Positions 61,806 to 64,000 of a DNA stretch of 64,000 nucleotides are shown here, in pieces. Positions within the stretch are counted from its first letter, which is position 1. Each line of letters begins with the position of its first letter. The stretch comes from Phyllosticta citribraziliensis (lineage: Eukaryota). A program made the translations under genes and the position numbers. The notes beneath the pieces were generated by a model. It ran no database searches, had not been told where the DNA came from, and worked only from the letters and a program-made list of their open reading frames with translations. The DNA is taken from NCBI RefSeq assembly GCF_038025025.1, contig NW_027117340.1:434001-498000 (forward strand). The letters run 5' to 3'.

Positions 61806-62201
61806 ATGGCTCCTCCAACCAACTGGGTCAACCGCCAAGTCCAGGGCGCCGTCGCCTCGGCTGGCGGCTTGGTCGGCAACGTCATCAACGGTGTGGGCAA
61901 CGGCGTTTCGGGCGTTGGTCGAGGCATCGGCAACAGGTGCTTTCTTTCTCCCTTCCTTTGCAGAATTTAAGCTTAATACCCTGACAGCGTAGCAAACACC
62001 TCGCGCGGACTGGGCGATGGCGTCCGCGGCTACGGCAACAACATCAAGGACGCCACCCACGCATCAGGCCGCAGGGCCCCGACTGCCACCAACCCGCTGG
62101 GTCTTGCTGGCGGCTCTACCCAGTCTGCCGCCGCCCTCAAGAATGTTACCAAGAGACTCCCCGGCACCAAGGGCAGCGCGAGCAACCCTCTTGGCTTGTA
62201 G
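61806..62201 (+). CDS. Small Gly/Asn-rich hypothetical protein, two exons
   Basis: MAPPTNWVNRQVQGAVASAGG...GRGIGN, intron ~61937-61987, then SVANTSRGLGDGVRGYGNNIKDAT...ATNPLGL...SASNPLGL-stop. Confidence 0.7.
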
Positions 62202-62649
62202 TAGTAGTTACGAAAGCGGAAAAACACGCCACCATCATCACGGCATACCTACCATACCCTACCTACATCATGTAGCTACGACCAACGCACAATCTTTACG
62301 ACCTGCATGACGACTCGCACACATTTCATCCAAAGTTCCCACGAGAGCGAAGATGAGGGGTTTTATCTTTCGAAATTCAATTCAGAACTATCAGCACAAC
62401 CGTCTTCATGCCACCATGGGTATTCAGCCGCTGAATCAGAATCTCCATCTTTGCACAGCGCCCATGTCCTTTTGCCTCTCGAAAGTGATCTCAAACGCCT
62501 TTCATGCCGTGTCCAAATCTTCCCTGAAAGACCGCCGCGACTTTTTCCAATATCCAGGCCCAAAACTCCACGCTGAAAGCACATTTTCCGAAAATCAATC
62601 CAGACCATTCGCCGAAAGTCCAGACCCGCACTGCGCGCCTGACCGCACA

Positions 62650-64000
62650 TCATCCACTCATCTCTGTGGCTGTGCCCTCCTCGAAATCCTCGCCGTCCGA
62701 TTCTTCGCCCGGCGCCTCCGTGTCGCTGTCGTCCTCGACTTCTGGCTCCAGCCCCGGGATGCTCTTCCACTCGTTGTAATCACCCTCCATCCACCTCTTG
62801 CTCCTGGGCAGGTCGTACGGGTCGAACGGAAAGTACCCGTCCAACTGCAGCGAGTCGTCCCCAAGCTTCGCCGAAAGCGCCGTCTCTCTTTCTTGAAGAC
62901 CTCCGTAGAGAACCGCCGACGACACTGTCCTGGAGAGGCGCAGCTTCTTGTTCGTCTCAACAAGCGGGAACACGTAGAGGAATTGGAGGTGGTGCGCAAT
63001 ACGAGCGAATTGGCCCACAATCGCCGGCGAGCACACCTTGAGCGGGTTCAGCTTGGAGTAAATGTTGCGCATCAGGTTCTCCTTGATGCCAGGCAGCCAT
63101 GTAAGATCTCTCCCCTCCAACAAAAGCTGGTCGTCGTCCTCAAGATCGTCCGTGTCCCCAATAATCAGCTCCCGCCAGCGGAAGCAGAAGATGTAGATGA
63201 GTGCCTGAGCCATGCCGTAGTAAGTTGCGTAGCGACGGAGGTCCGGCCCTTTGCATTGCGATTCATGGTTGACGCGGAAGTTGTCCAGCTGAGCACCAAG
63301 GACGTAGAAAACATCCCTGACCGTGGCAGTCGGGATGTGCGCTCCTCGGGAAATGAAGCTCGCGAGGTAAGCAGATGCCGTTAGGCGCATGATTTCCGGG
63401 CGTGTCCGGTCAAAGGCCATGGAGGCACAAGCCCCGGTGAATCGATCAATATATTTTGTTGACATCTGTCCATAGTGGAACAGCAAAAACTGCGTGTGCC
63501 TGGAACGATACGTCGGAACAAGGGTGTTGGTGAACTGCGAAATGAGAAGCTCCCATGTGTTGTCGGCATCAACGACGGTGCCCTTGACGAATATCTGATG
63601 ATAGTACTCAAAGAGCATGTCGATCATGGCGTCAATCTTGCCAACAGACTCCCTCACCTTCTTCAGGCGCTTTTCGTCAGTCGGCTCATCCAGACTGGTC
63701 ACCGACTCATCATCGCTATCTTCTTCAGACATATCGTCGTCGTCTTCAACAATCTTGGCCTCCTCATTCTGGTTCATGGCGTCTTCGACGAGCCTCTCTT
63801 CTATGTCGTCATCCAAATCCTCCATGTCGACTTGGATCTGCACATCTATTTTGACAAGTCTTTCAGTGATGAGTGCGAGAATAGCGCCCTTGAGCTCCGG
63901 TGCGTAGCTGGTAATCTCCAAAAGGTTTTGGGTATAAAAGACGTGGACCTTGGTGGAGTCGGCGGCAAAAGGAAACGACGCGGCCAGGATGTTTGAGAGG
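62650..64000 (-). CDS. RRN3: RNA polymerase I initiation factor Rrn3 (5' end outside the window)
   Basis: ITERLVKIDVQIQ, PTYRSRHTQFLLF, AYLASFISR, QALIYIFCFRWREL, SKLNPLKVC, YFPFDPYDLPRS. Confidence 0.93.
   Translation of the reverse strand, partial: LSNILAASFPFAADSTKVHVFYTQNLLEITSYAPELKGAILALITERLVKIDVQIQVDMEDLDDDIEERLVEDAMNQNEEAKIVEDDDDMSEEDSDDESVTSLDEPTDEKRLKKVRESVGKIDAMIDMLFEYYHQIFVKGTVVDADNTWELLISQFTNTLVPTYRSRHTQFLLFHYGQMSTKYIDRFTGACASMAFDRTRPEIMRLTASAYLASFISRGAHIPTATVRDVFYVLGAQLDNFRVNHESQCKGPDLRRYATYYGMAQALIYIFCFRWRELIIGDTDDLEDDDQLLLEGRDLTWLPGIKENLMRNIYSKLNPLKVCSPAIVGQFARIAHHLQFLYVFPLVETNKKLRLSRTVSSAVLYGGLQERETALSAKLGDDSLQLDGYFPFDPYDLPRSKRWMEGDYNEWKSIPGLEPEVEDDSDTEAPGEESDGEDFEEGTATEMSG

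Overview
Eukaryotic genomic DNA from a GC-rich filamentous ascomycete (Pezizomycotina; GT-AG introns with CTRAC-type branch sites). The window is gene-dense, with about 23 protein-coding genes, mostly housekeeping: VPS33, histidyl-tRNA synthetase, EPT1/CPT1, CaM kinase, a tandem-bromodomain RSC-like subunit, MPS1, PTC7, PRP4, a CYSTM protein, STT3, BRR2, a salicylate hydroxylase-like monooxygenase, pyroglutamyl peptidase I, TVP38, a NAK1/KIC1-like kinase and partial RRN3. The unusual items are: (1) a probable two-hairpin box H/ACA snoRNA in a long VPS33 intron; (2) a ~6 kb island between STT3 and BRR2 where an uncharacterised Cys/His-motif gene is flanked by three unrelated repeat arrays (~19 copies of a ~100-125 bp hairpin-containing unit, a 19-bp array, and 13 copies of GAATGCTCC at a near-exact 33-bp period); (3) a secreted RNase T1-fold protein lacking both catalytic histidines; (4) a 505-nt intron with a second splice donor inside a hairpin. 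No tRNA, rRNA, CRISPR array or transposase was recognised. Exon boundaries were placed by eye, and family calls come from motif recognition, not database searches.
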